Assembly: GCA_965215335.1 (NCBI GenBank)
Contig: CBDCDA010000002.1
Coordinates: 384,001 to 448,000 of the forward strand
Source of the DNA: an uncultured Candidatus Entotheonella sp.
GTDB lineage: Bacteria > Tectomicrobia > Entotheonellia > Entotheonellales > Entotheonellaceae
DNA: 64,000 nucleotides
Direction of reading: 5' to 3'
Part shown: positions 30,158 to 40,208 of the stretch, one piece after another
Numbering within the stretch: position 1 is the stretch's first letter
Layout of the letters: every line of letters begins with the position of its first letter
Position numbers and translations under genes: made by a program
The notes under the pieces: model-generated
Databases searched by the model: none
What the model saw: the letters and a program-made list of their open reading frames with translations, nothing else
What the model was told of the DNA's origin: nothing

Positions 30158-31324
30158 TCAGGATGGTCGGTCCAACCGCGCCAGCCGTTCGATGAACCGG
30201 GGTTTGCGCGCGTGCCGCTCGCGGAGCGAGCGAACGCGGTCCCTGAAGGTCTCCGTTTCGCCGTCTTCACCGGCCAGCGCTTGCAGGTCCAGGATCAGGG
30301 TCATGGCCTGTTCATAGCCATCGGGATTACGTTTTGAGATCGCCTTTTCGACCTCGTTCCAGACCTCTGCTCCCCGACGTCTGACGGCATCGAGGCGTAT
30401 CCGCTGCGCCGCCTCGGCCGCTCGCGCCTGCCGCTGTCGCTCGGCCTCCCGTCGTTCGGCATCGATGGCCTCGCGCGTTGCGCGCCTCTCGGCTGCGCGA
30501 CTACGAAGGTCGGCGACTGTCCTGCGATCCGTGTACGTCTCACCTGCCGCAACCGCGACGGCCTTGCGAACCCGGGACCGAACCTCCGCCGCCACGTGCG
30601 GGTCGCCGTTGGCAAGACGCTGAAGCAGCGCCGTTTTCTCGTCTTCCGGAATGGCCGCGATGGCCTCACGGGCCGTATCAGCGGAAGATTCTCCATCATC
30701 CTTGAACCCTGGTGCTTCCACAGCCGATTGCAGGAGGTCCGGATCAAGGCGGAAGAAATCGGCAAACGCTTCGAGCGCTCGGGTAAGCGGCCCGATGCCC
30801 GGCAGCGGCTCCGTCTCGTCATCTGCCAGTTCGCCTGTCTCCAGCGCCTTGAGCCAGAGGAGATAGAAAAGTCTCAGGTCGCCGGAGAGCACGTCAGCGC
30901 GAAGCGGCGCCAGCGCCCCGAGCCACCCGGTGCCGTCGTCCCCATCGTCCCACTCATCGTATTCCGACAGCTCATCGTCGTAGATATCGATGCCTATATC
31001 GACGATCAGATTCTCGCCGGACGCCAGGATATCGACGAGGTCGGTCCGGCGCAGAAAGGCATCGAGGCGGGAACGGTCGACGAGGCGTTTCGGCAAGCGG
31101 ATCATCAGCCGCCGTGTTCCCCAGTTGGCGAGATAGAGATGCAGGTCGAACCAGCGCTCCATCAGTTTTTGGGGATCGCCCTTGAAGTCGCCCCATTCGT
31201 AGTGATTGGTAAAGCTGGTGGCCGTGATCCGCGCCCGCGTCGACAACTCGCGCAGCGCCGACCTGTCCGGCTCGCTGAGCGGCCGGTCGATAGCCTGGAA
31301 TTCGTAGTACTGATACTCGCTCAA
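30158..31324 (-). CDS. Conserved hypothetical protein (MSEYQYYEF-type N-terminus, C-terminal coiled coil)
   Basis: Long open frame; TTG start after AAGGAGG; aromatic-rich N-terminus SEYQYYEFQAIDRPL...YEWGDF...FDLHLYLANWG; function not recognised. Confidence 0.8.
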   Translation of the reverse strand: MSEYQYYEFQAIDRPLSEPDRSALRELSTRARITATSFTNHYEWGDFKGDPQKLMERWFDLHLYLANWGTRRLMIRLPKRLVDRSRLDAFLRRTDLVDILASGENLIVDIGIDIYDDELSEYDEWDDGDDGTGWLGALAPLRADVLSGDLRLFYLLWLKALETGELADDETEPLPGIGPLTRALEAFADFFRLDPDLLQSAVEAPGFKDDGESSADTAREAIAAIPEDEKTALLQRLANGDPHVAAEVRSRVRKAVAVAAGETYTDRRTVADLRSRAAERRATREAIDAERREAERQRQARAAEAAQRIRLDAVRRRGAEVWNEVEKAISKRNPDGYEQAMTLILDLQALAGEDGETETFRDRVRSLRERHARKPRFIERLARLDRPS

Positions 31325-31524
31325 TGACTGACCTCCTTCGTGCTCAGGGGGGCCTCGATGTCGCTGCAACGGGTCGTTTGTATACTGAGCCAGGGGATCC
31401 GAATCAGTGGCCGCGCAGCCTCTGGGTTGCCCATCGGTCACGGGGAGCCTATCTTTATGCCTGTAACGCTCACAACAAGAAGCTCGGGACTGTGTGCCGC
31501 GGGATGCGGGGACAAGGATCTGCG

Positions 31525-32373
31525 ATGAATGCCCCTGAGGGCTACAAGGACTTCACGACCCGCCTCAAACTGTTGATCAGCAAACAGCCTGAACTCATTA
31601 CGACGACGCTCGGAAATATCTTCACGTTGCGGCTTATCGGGAACAAAACACACGGGGACCTCGCCGAAATTGCCATTGCCGAGTTCATCAATCAATTCAT
31701 GTACGACTTTCGCTCCGTTCACGTCGGGAAGGACCTGTACCGAGCCAAGTCTCAAGAAGAAGACATCAAGGTCATCAGCGAGATCACGAAGGACGAGTTT
31801 CCAGGCAGCCTCAAGGCGTACGGCGATGGACCGCTGCAATTGTCCACGGACAAGACCTATTCCATGTTTCCACGCCTTGTGCAGGAAGACGGTGACATCG
31901 TTGGAACCGATAACATCAGGAAAATTCTCGATGAACCCGCGTTCGCCAATTTCAGCAACACCAATGTTTTGCCGTTGATTTATGATGAGAAAACTCAACG
32001 CTGCAACATCATGGTGTTTGACTACCTCCGTGCACGCGAAGCGACCGTACGCATTGCCCGCGAGGGGGCAGGAGGGAGGAGAAAACATCCGGTCTATCGG
32101 TTTTATGATGCTGAAGATGATTACATTTGCGAAGTACGCTACGGCGATGCTGCCGCGAACGCGCTTCAACGCGGACTCTGGACGCATACCAGAAAGGGGC
32201 TCAAGTTCTTCGACAGCATTACGAATGGCTGGATCGAATACGCCCACAATCTCGTCCTCGTGGAGCTTTTTTCGCATGCCCTTGTTTCGTCGGCTGCCGG
32301 TCATACAGCCGCGTTTCACAAGGTCAAGGAAGATATCGACCGCCTGAAACGGCAGGCTGGGTTCTCACAATGA
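31525..32373 (+). CDS. Putative Type II restriction endonuclease
   Basis: Overlaps the MTase start (ATGA); candidate PD-(D/E)xK-like pattern GDLAE...EEDI...SLKAYG; visibly lower GC than flanking housekeeping genes. Confidence 0.6.
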   Translation: MNAPEGYKDFTTRLKLLISKQPELITTTLGNIFTLRLIGNKTHGDLAEIAIAEFINQFMYDFRSVHVGKDLYRAKSQEEDIKVISEITKDEFPGSLKAYGDGPLQLSTDKTYSMFPRLVQEDGDIVGTDNIRKILDEPAFANFSNTNVLPLIYDEKTQRCNIMVFDYLRAREATVRIAREGAGGRRKHPVYRFYDAEDDYICEVRYGDAAANALQRGLWTHTRKGLKFFDSITNGWIEYAHNLVLVELFSHALVSSAAGHTAAFHKVKEDIDRLKRQAGFSQ

Positions 32374-33503
32374 GCAACTTGCCGCTGTTCGATGACATCA
32401 TCGTCGATGCACCCCCTACGGAAGGCGTAAAATATGCGGGTTCAAAGCGCAAGCTCTTGCCTTATATTCTTGAACTGACGCAACGAACGGGTGCCAAAAC
32501 CGTCCTCGATGGTTTTGCCGGGTCAACCCGCGTATCCCAAGCATTTGCCCAAGCAGGATATCGGGTGATCAGTAACGACATTGCTGTTTGGTCGGAAATT
32601 TTTGGATTTTGTTATCTCCTGAATCCTAAACCGAGAGAGCATTATCTATCGTTGATCCGTCATTTGAACCGTGTTCCGCCCAAGGAAGGTTGGTTCACCC
32701 GACACTATGGCGGTAAACCAAACAGCGGTGTGGCCGTTCAGCACGATGGCCTCAAGAAACCCTGGCAGATTCACAATACTTGCAAATTGGATGGCATCCG
32801 TGAGGAGATCGACAATCTTTCACTCTCACCAACCGAGAAAGCCGTTGCATTGACAAGCCTGATTCTGGGTCTGGACCGGGTAGACAACACGCTTGGTCAT
32901 TTTGTCTCGTATCTCAGGAAATGGTCGCCTCGGTCCTACAACGAATTGCATCTCGAAGTGCCAAATCTATTCGTCAATACAAAGGAAAACGAAGTCATAC
33001 ACGGGGACGTATTCAACGTTATTAACCGTGCCGTCGACCTTGCGTACTTTGATCCACCATACGGTTCCAACAACGAAAAGATGCCGCCTTCACGAGTACG
33101 GTACGCGTCATACTATCACTTATGGACAACCATTTGTCTCAATGACGAACCGACATTGTTTGGCAAAGCCATGCGTCGACGTGATACGTCTGACGTTATC
33201 TCGGGTTCGGCATTCGAGGAATTTCAAAAGAATCCTGACTCGGGACGATTTCTCGCGATTGAAGCAATCGAACGGCTGATCCATTCCACGGCGGCCCGTT
33301 GGATCATTCTCTCCTATAGCTCCGGTGGCCGCGCCACCGCGCATGAGGTGAACGATATTCTTACTGCAAATGGCGATGTCGTTGACATCATCGAACTGGA
33401 CTACAAGCGCAACGTCATGGCAGGAATGAAGTGGACCAACGAGTGGCTTCGCGACGCGGAATCCGCCAATCGCGAATTTCTGTTCCTGATCGACAAGGGC
33501 TGA
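32370..33503 (+). CDS. DNA adenine (N6) methyltransferase, D12/alpha-type
   Basis: KYAGSK, motif I LDGFAGS, ISND, motif IV YFDPPY, ILSYS. Confidence 0.92.
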   Translation: MSNLPLFDDIIVDAPPTEGVKYAGSKRKLLPYILELTQRTGAKTVLDGFAGSTRVSQAFAQAGYRVISNDIAVWSEIFGFCYLLNPKPREHYLSLIRHLNRVPPKEGWFTRHYGGKPNSGVAVQHDGLKKPWQIHNTCKLDGIREEIDNLSLSPTEKAVALTSLILGLDRVDNTLGHFVSYLRKWSPRSYNELHLEVPNLFVNTKENEVIHGDVFNVINRAVDLAYFDPPYGSNNEKMPPSRVRYASYYHLWTTICLNDEPTLFGKAMRRRDTSDVISGSAFEEFQKNPDSGRFLAIEAIERLIHSTAARWIILSYSSGGRATAHEVNDILTANGDVVDIIELDYKRNVMAGMKWTNEWLRDAESANREFLFLIDKG

Positions 33504-33551
33504 ACCTGCCTGGCCAAATTTTTCGTTTCCATTCGGATATTCCTCCTACCC

Positions 33552-35024
33552 GAGCCTTTTGCAAAATGGACAAGCGCGCCAGGATTATTGATAGAAAGAA
33601 GCCGGAAAAGGGCTGATCGTACTGGGACAAGGCCGTCTCTCCTTCGTATCATGGGGTCTTCGACCCCCCACATGACAAGGAGAGAGCAACCATGTCCCTA
33701 CGTGCCATCCTATCGAATTATGGGTTCATCTTCCAACGAGAGCTTTTCCCTGCACTCAAAGAAGAACTGGGTCCCTTGGGGGACCGCTACTCGTCCTTGA
33801 TCACCGTGCTTGAGTTCGTACAGATTGAGAGACTGCTGCCGTATGTCCGGGGCCTGCCGGGACGTCCGCAGGAAGACCGGGCAACGCTGGCGCGGGCGTT
33901 CATGGCCAAGGCGTTGTTCGCTATTCCAACCACCCGGGCGCTTGTCGAACGGCTTGCTATCGACCGCCCGCTGCGTCGTCTGTGTGGCTGGACCACACCT
34001 GGCGAGGTGCCCAGCGAGGCGACGTTCTCGCGTGCCTTTGGCGCCTTCGCCGACAGCGCCTTGCCGAGCCGCCTGCACGAGGCGCTGATCAACAACACCC
34101 TGCAGGACCGTCTCGTCGGTCACGTCTCGCGTGATTCGACGGCCATCGAGGGGCGTGAGAAACCAACGCCGAAGAAGAAATTGGCCAAGCCCAAGCGGGG
34201 GCGCGGTCGTCCACGCAAGGGTGAGGAACGACCGAAGCAACTTCGCCGACTGCAACGCCAGCCGTTGATGACCCTGAGCGAGATGCTCGCCGACCTGCCA
34301 CGCGACCCTGACGTCGGCGTCAAGCAAAACGCCAAGGGACACCATGAATCCTGGGTCGGCTACAAGTTGCATATCGATGTGGCGGACGGTGGGATTCCGA
34401 TCAGTTGTCTGCTGACCTCGGCCTCCCTGCATGACAGCCAGGCAGCGATTCCCTTGGCTACCCTGACGGCGGCGCGGGTCACCAATCTGTACGACCTGAT
34501 GGACTCGGCCCATGATGCGCCCGAAATCAGGACCTGCAGCGCGTCACTCGGGCACGTAGTGATCATTGACGTCAATCCCCGCTGCGTCGCGCGCAAGCTG
34601 GCCTTGAAAACGGAGGCACGGGCGCAGCGCACCGTCGGCCACTTGTCGGCCGAGAAATTGCGCTACCGCGAACGCTCGACGGTTGAACGGGTCAACAGCC
34701 GTCTCAAGGACGACTTCGGTGGTCGCCAAGTACGGGTGCGCGGTCCTGCCAAGGTGCTGTGCCACCTGATGTTTGGCCTGTTGGCACTGACGGTGGAGCA
34801 GTTGCTACGCCTGCTTCCCTGATTCCAGGAGGGTGTGCGCTCATGGCAGGACAGGAGAGGACAGGCCTGTCCGCGTGCTACAAAAGGGACGCCCCATCGT
34901 CTTCGAGAGCCGGGCAATACGTGGCGGCGCAGTTGTCCTGACGGCGCATCCGACGTCGAAACGTCCCCACCTCTCGACGGCCGCGAATTTTGCTCTCGAC
35001 GATCCAGAGTTTTGCAAGTGGCTC
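33552..35024 (+). mobile_element. Insertion sequence (IS5/IS1182-like DDE) with terminal inverted repeats
   Basis: Left end GAGCCTTTTGCAAAA (33552-33566) and right end rc GAGCCACTTGCAAAA (35010-35024), 13/15 identical; no clear target duplication. Confidence 0.8.
33692..34822 (+). CDS. DDE transposase
   Basis: PSEATFSR, DSTAI, GYKLH, SASLHDS, MDSA, RSTVERVNSRLK. Confidence 0.92.
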   Translation: MSLRAILSNYGFIFQRELFPALKEELGPLGDRYSSLITVLEFVQIERLLPYVRGLPGRPQEDRATLARAFMAKALFAIPTTRALVERLAIDRPLRRLCGWTTPGEVPSEATFSRAFGAFADSALPSRLHEALINNTLQDRLVGHVSRDSTAIEGREKPTPKKKLAKPKRGRGRPRKGEERPKQLRRLQRQPLMTLSEMLADLPRDPDVGVKQNAKGHHESWVGYKLHIDVADGGIPISCLLTSASLHDSQAAIPLATLTAARVTNLYDLMDSAHDAPEIRTCSASLGHVVIIDVNPRCVARKLALKTEARAQRTVGHLSAEKLRYRERSTVERVNSRLKDDFGGRQVRVRGPAKVLCHLMFGLLALTVEQLLRLLP

Positions 35025-36053
35025 TCTTGAGTTCCTTTGGCGCAACCACCGCAACAGGTCTGTCCGACCTGCTCGAAGGTTCCCTCAGCCATGACCAGAT
35101 AACCCGCTTTCCAGCCCAAGAAGACTTTGACTCCAAGACCCTCTGGCAACTCGTCAAGCCCATGGTGCGTGAGATTGAAGACGCCGGAGGCGTCCTCATC
35201 TTCGACGACACCATTGAGGAAAAGCCCTGTACGGACGAAAACGAACTCATCGCCTGGCCACTTCGACCACAGCAAGAACCGCACCGTCAAAGGCATCAAC
35301 CTGCTTAACTGTGTCTATCACGCCCAAGGCACCACCCTGCCCGTGGCCTGTGAACTCATCGGCAAACCCATCGTCTGCCGTGATGCGAAAACGGGAACCT
35401 TGAAGCGCAAAAGCAACCGCTCGAAGAATGAACACCTGCGCCGCATGCTCACCGTGTGCCAGCGCAATCAGTTGGCCTGGCGCTACGTGCTGGCTGACAG
35501 TTGGTTTTCAGCCAAAGACAACCTGAACTTCATTCGCCAGGGCTTGGGCAAGCATTTCGTCATCGCCCTGAAATCCAACCGTACGGTGGCCTTGAGCTAC
35601 GAGGCCAAACGCCAAGGAAACTTCTCACGCCCAGAGGCGCTGAACTTGCCGGAACGCCAAGCGGTACGCGGCTACTTGAGGGGACTGGACTTTGCGGTTC
35701 TCCTCGTCCGCCAGGTCTTTACAAACAAAGACGGCAGCCGCGGGGTTTTGTATCTGGCTTGCAGCGACCTCGAGCATGACGCAGAAGGCATCGTCACAAT
35801 CTACCAGAAACGGTGGAACGTGGAGACGTATCACAAGACGCTCAAGAGCCATGCGTCGCTAGCCAGGTCGCCGACCCGAACGGTACGGACGCAGAGCAAT
35901 CATTGTTTTCTGGCGATTTATGCTGCGTGTCGCCTGACATGGCTCAGTGTGCAACATCGGCTCAATCACGTGGCCTTACGAACCCGGCTCTATCTCAAGG
36001 CGGTGCGTCATGCCTTTGATGAACTCCAACTCCTCAAGGCCGCGTAACATCAC
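35025..36053 (+). pseudogene. IS701/IS4-superfamily transposase pseudogene (5' end cut by the neighbouring IS, internal frameshift)
   Basis: LSSFGATTATGLS...SHDQITRF...IFDDTIEEKP...W, +1 shift near 35255, then HFDHSK...LADSWF...YQKRWNVETYHKTLK; ends at GCGTAACATCAC. Confidence 0.85.
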
Positions 36054-36571
36054 TTAATCACAAGACGACAGAAAACGACGAGTAGCAAGTCTCGAATCGT
36101 GCCGTTGTGGGGAGTTATCTCATCTAAGGCCGCCTTGAACTTGCATAGGAAGTCCAGTTCTTCCAAGTTCCACCACCTCTGGACGTTGTGCATCAACGGT
36201 GGGGCTACAGATTTGCCCGATTTGTGGCTCGCCCGGGAGACTAGGCCGGCGAGTGCATCACTGGCACCACGAATGCAAGCAGGAGAATACGTGGCGAGCT
36301 TGACGTTTCCGAGCCAGGCAAGGAAAGGATTGATCTCTATGCCAGTGGCGGTGTCACCGGCGTAGGTGGCACAAAGAGGGGTTGTGGCAGTCCCGGAAAA
36401 GGGGCCAAGAACTCGAATCCCTTGGTCTGAAGCAGTCAGGAGTTCGGAGACAAGTTTCACTGAGTATGCAGGCGTGAGACGAAGCCAACCGTGCCTCCCA
36501 TAGTGGCGGTTGACCTTGAAGGTTAGATCGGCGTTTTGCCGGGCCGATTCGAGAGCGTGTGTCTTATTCAT
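36050..36571 (-). pseudogene. DNA methyltransferase (amino-MTase) N-terminal fragment, truncated by the IS
   Basis: RHGWLRLTPAYS, motif I VLGPFSGTATT, GIEINPF; frame stops at the IS end and no catalytic xPPY motif remains. Confidence 0.75.
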
Positions 36572-37382
36572 GATGGCGTCAGGAGCGCCGTGAGCACGGC
36601 CTCGACCTCCTTCTTCAGAGCGGAACTATTGCGCTGGAAAAAAACCGGCGAGATCATATCCAACCACATCTTTGCAAAAACGATAGAATGACTCATCAGA
36701 GGAAGCATTGTCTGCCAACCCCGTGAGGAGTACCCATCTTTCGTTGCGGTAACGCTGCGCAATATCCTCATCTATCTGAAGTGAGAGGAGCCCCGCGCAA
36801 GGAAGGAGCCCCTTCGTGTAAGCCATCGCCGCATTGGCAATGTCCGCATTTTGTCGCTTGGAGTCTTTGCTCTTATAACCCTGCCGAATCTCGAAGACGA
36901 TGCCCCGAAAGGGTCTTGGTAACGGCAGAATCAACATCAATCCGGCTTGCGGCATTCCGCATCCAGGACCGGACGCGACGCCTTCGTTCGGTATCTGCGA
37001 TACTGGAAACGGGGATACGTGCGTCGAGGTGGAGTTTCCGTGCCTTTCCACCGCTCGCACGTGGAAGCGTGTAGGACCACTTCACGTCTTCATCGTCCAA
37101 GCCAAGTTGATCTTGCAGGATATGCCGGAAGAGAGACTCGCAGCCCATGCCAATTTGCCGATAGATACTGGTCATCCCCCCTGCGGTCTTGTGGGCCGCG
37201 TACATGAGGGGGTTGTCGAGGCCAAGCCAATTGTAGAAGGGATCGGCCCTGTAGATACGCTGGAACTCGTCAAGTTCGTATCCGGCTTTCGCACCCCGGC
37301 CGAGTTTCGGCTTGTATTTGGCGCAGACCCGGATATAGCCCTTGAGAATGGCCAAGTAGCGCTCGTCGGTCGATTCGCTCAT
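36568..37382 (-). pseudogene. Putative restriction endonuclease with two +1 frameshifts
   Basis: Three consecutive frames join into one protein (MSESTD...LDARI...TL / GIVFEIRQGYKSKDSKRQNAD...GFF / QRNSSALK...TPS*); shifts at ~36905 and in the A7 run 36638-36644; stop overlaps the MTase ATG. Confidence 0.65.
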
Positions 37383-37486
37383 CCAACGCCTCGTTTTCGT
37401 TATTCTCATCCAGCTAACGGCGCGGTTCGGCTGCCCGATTTCCGCGTCAATCCCCGCGCTTCATCGTTCTTTCCATGGCCTCCTTC

Positions 37487-38857
37487 TCACGCCGCCGACA
37501 GGGTTTCAAAATACTTGACGAACGCCCGCATGCCGCCGCTGGCCTGGCCCCAATCGAAGTTCTCGTTGGGGGCGTGGTAGCCGTGCTCCGGCAGGCTGAG
37601 GCCGAGGAAGACGACGGGGACCTGCAGCAGCGTGTCGAGGGTGACGACGGCGCCAATGGAGCCGCCTTCGCGGATGAAGCTGGGGGACGCGCCGAAACCG
37701 AATTCCACCGCCTCGCGTACCGCGTCGCCGTAAAAGCCACGGAACTCGCCAAGGTAGGGAACCAGGGTGCCGCCGGGGATGATGTTGATGTCAGGGTTCA
37801 GGCGGCCGACGAAATCGCGTGTCAGTTCCAGAATGCGGTCGGGGTTCTGGTCGGGCACCAGCCGCATGCTGATCTTGGCTGTCGCCGCGTGGGGCACGAT
37901 GGTCTTGATGCCCGGCCCTTGGTAGCCGCCGCTGATGCCGTGCACCTCGAAGGTCGGCTCGCTCCAGATGGCTTGCACGATCTGCCGCACGTCGTCGCTG
38001 CGCAGGTCGTGCAGGCCGTGGGCCAGCCGGAAGCCGTCCAGGTCGAAGCCGCTGCCCAGGAAACTGGTCAGTTCGTCGCTGCCGAGGCGCTGCACGTCCT
38101 CGTAGAAGCCGGGAATGCTGACCCGTCCCGTTCGCGCCTCGTAGCAGCAGGCGATGAGCTCGGCCAGTTCGCCGATGGGATTGCGCGCGGCGCCGCCGGT
38201 AAGGCCGGAATGGCTGTCCTTGCTGCCGGTCTCCAGACGCCATTGCATGGTCAGCATGCCGCGCAGGCCGTAGGGCACTGCGGGCTTGTCCGACGCCAGC
38301 CAGATGGTGTCGGACACCAGCACGGACTTGCAGGTCAGGGCTTCCCGCTTCTGCTGCACGAAACGCTCGAAGTTCGGGCTGCCGATCTCTTCCTCCAGTT
38401 CCCAGATGAACTGGAAGTTCAGCGGCAAGCCCTGCTGCGACACAAAGCGGGCCGCCAGCAGCGCCGTGAGCGCCGGGCCCTTGTCGTCCGTGGTACCGCG
38501 GCCCAGGTAGCGGTCGCCCTGGCGCTGGAACACGAACGGCTCGTTCTCCCACTGCGGCTCGTTGGCAGGTTGCACGTCCATGTGGTTGTAGATGGCCACC
38601 GTCGGGTAGTCCGGGTTGGCGGTGAGGTTGCCGAAGACAACGGGATGGCCCGGCGTTTCGACAAGCTCGGCCTCCGCCCCGCACGCCCGCAGAATCTCGG
38701 CCGCCCGCTCCGCCCCGCGCCGCATGTCGTCAGCGTGCGCCGGGTCCATGCTCACCGTCGGAATCTCCACCAGGTCGCGCAGCCAGCTCTCGAATTCCTC
38801 GCGTATGGCAGGAATGGCGCGATCCAGATCAGCGTAGAGTTGCGGGTGCGTGGGCAT
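37487..38857 (-). CDS. M20/M25/M40 family metallo-dipeptidase
   Basis: YNHMDVQP, GRGTTDDKG, EEEIGS, DSHSG, GGSIG, HAPNE. Confidence 0.92.
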   Translation of the reverse strand: MPTHPQLYADLDRAIPAIREEFESWLRDLVEIPTVSMDPAHADDMRRGAERAAEILRACGAEAELVETPGHPVVFGNLTANPDYPTVAIYNHMDVQPANEPQWENEPFVFQRQGDRYLGRGTTDDKGPALTALLAARFVSQQGLPLNFQFIWELEEEIGSPNFERFVQQKREALTCKSVLVSDTIWLASDKPAVPYGLRGMLTMQWRLETGSKDSHSGLTGGAARNPIGELAELIACCYEARTGRVSIPGFYEDVQRLGSDELTSFLGSGFDLDGFRLAHGLHDLRSDDVRQIVQAIWSEPTFEVHGISGGYQGPGIKTIVPHAATAKISMRLVPDQNPDRILELTRDFVGRLNPDINIIPGGTLVPYLGEFRGFYGDAVREAVEFGFGASPSFIREGGSIGAVVTLDTLLQVPVVFLGLSLPEHGYHAPNENFDWGQASGGMRAFVKYFETLSAA

Positions 38858-39055
38858 GCGAAGTCTCCTTTGGAGGGGTGGGGTTGCGGACGCCGCAGCG
38901 GACCGTCCCGGAAAGTCCGGCGACTATAGCACGGGCAATCAGAGTGACGCTATAATGGCCGTCATACAGGAATCCGAGTCCGAAAAGCGCACGGCCCAAC
39001 AACCGATGCTTGTCGCGCTTTCGTTCATCGCGTCCTCGCTGCCAGGGAGATCTTT

Positions 39056-40039
39056 GTGGCAAACAAAATCGTATTCTCACCCCCATTCCCGCCCTCGATC
39101 ATGGACGTTGCTCGCGCCATGGCGCCGGCCGATTTCGAGTTTCAGGTCGTCGCCCAGGGCGACCCGGCCTTCGCGCCGGCCATTCAGGACGCCGAATACT
39201 TCATGGGCTTTCCGCGCGAGCACATGGGGCAGTCGTTTTACGACATGGCGCCGAACCTGAAGCTCGTGCAGCTCATCAGCGCCGGCTACGACCGCCTCGA
39301 CGTCGAGGCCGCTCGCCAGGCGCGCGTGCCGGTGTCCAACAACGGCGGCTCCAACTCGGTGGCCGTCGCCGAGCACACCCTGATGCTCATCCTCGCCGTG
39401 TACAAGCAGGTCGTCCGCGACCACAGCAACGTCGTCAACGGCAGGTGGCGGGTGGGGGATTTCGCCGACCTGCGCATCTACGAGGTGGCCGGCAAGACCC
39501 TCGGCGTCGTTGGCCTGGGTACCATCGGCAAGAAGGTGGCGCGTCGCGCTCAGGCGTTCGACATGCGGGTGCAGTATCACGACGCCATCCGCCTGAGCGA
39601 GGATCAGGAAGACGCCCTTGGGGTGCGCTTCGTGCTCTTCCCCGAACTGCTGCGCACTTCGGACGTGGTCAGCCTGCATATGCCGCTGAACGAGCAGACC
39701 CGCAACATGATGGGCGCCCGCGAGTTTGCCACCATGAAGAACGATGCTGTCTTCATCAACACCTGCCGCGGCCCGGTAGTGGACGAGACGGCGTTGCACC
39801 GTGCCCTGGCCAGCGGCCAGATTGCCGCCGCCGGCCTCGACGTGATGGTCGAAGAACCGCCGCCGGCCGATCACCCGCTGTTCGCCCTGGACAACGTCAT
39901 CTTCACGCCGCACACCGCCGGTCCGACGCTGGAAAACTGGACCAAGGCGTTCCGCAACGGTTTCGACAACATCCAGCGGGTGGCCGCTGGCCGGCAGCCG
40001 ATGTGGGTCATCCCGGAACTGCGCGAGCCGGCCCTGTAG
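39056..40039 (+). CDS. D-2-hydroxyacid dehydrogenase
   Basis: AGYD, AVAEH, GLGTIG, INTCRGPVVDE, GLDV, EP, TPHTAG. Confidence 0.93.
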   Translation: MANKIVFSPPFPPSIMDVARAMAPADFEFQVVAQGDPAFAPAIQDAEYFMGFPREHMGQSFYDMAPNLKLVQLISAGYDRLDVEAARQARVPVSNNGGSNSVAVAEHTLMLILAVYKQVVRDHSNVVNGRWRVGDFADLRIYEVAGKTLGVVGLGTIGKKVARRAQAFDMRVQYHDAIRLSEDQEDALGVRFVLFPELLRTSDVVSLHMPLNEQTRNMMGAREFATMKNDAVFINTCRGPVVDETALHRALASGQIAAAGLDVMVEEPPPADHPLFALDNVIFTPHTAGPTLENWTKAFRNGFDNIQRVAAGRQPMWVIPELREPAL

Positions 40040-40208
40040 CCGAGACCCGCCAGGGCGCGGGCTCTGGCCGGGTGACTACCCAAGTCCAATGGCCTGTGCT
40101 ATGGTAGGCGTCCTCGGTTTCAGCCATCCGCGCAAGGCCATCGGGCTTGAAACCCCCGCAGGGGTACCTGATGAGAGGCACCAAACTCAGGAGGGGTAGG
40201 GATCAGCT

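Noticed and set aside
30131..30159. ATGCCCGC...GCGGGCAT inverted repeat at the left edge of the island
   Set aside because: Short stem, most simply a terminator-like hairpin; no matching direct repeat at the other island edge
33525..33551. YSSY reading left of the IS as the missing start of the IS701-like transposase
   Set aside because: Off by one base and no start codon or IS end upstream; may be coincidence
40146..40178. Hammerhead ribozyme-like strings GAAAC...GTA and CTGATGAG
   Set aside because: Only one nucleotide separates the putative cleavage triplet from CUGAUGA, so stem I cannot form; stem II is at most 3 weak pairs
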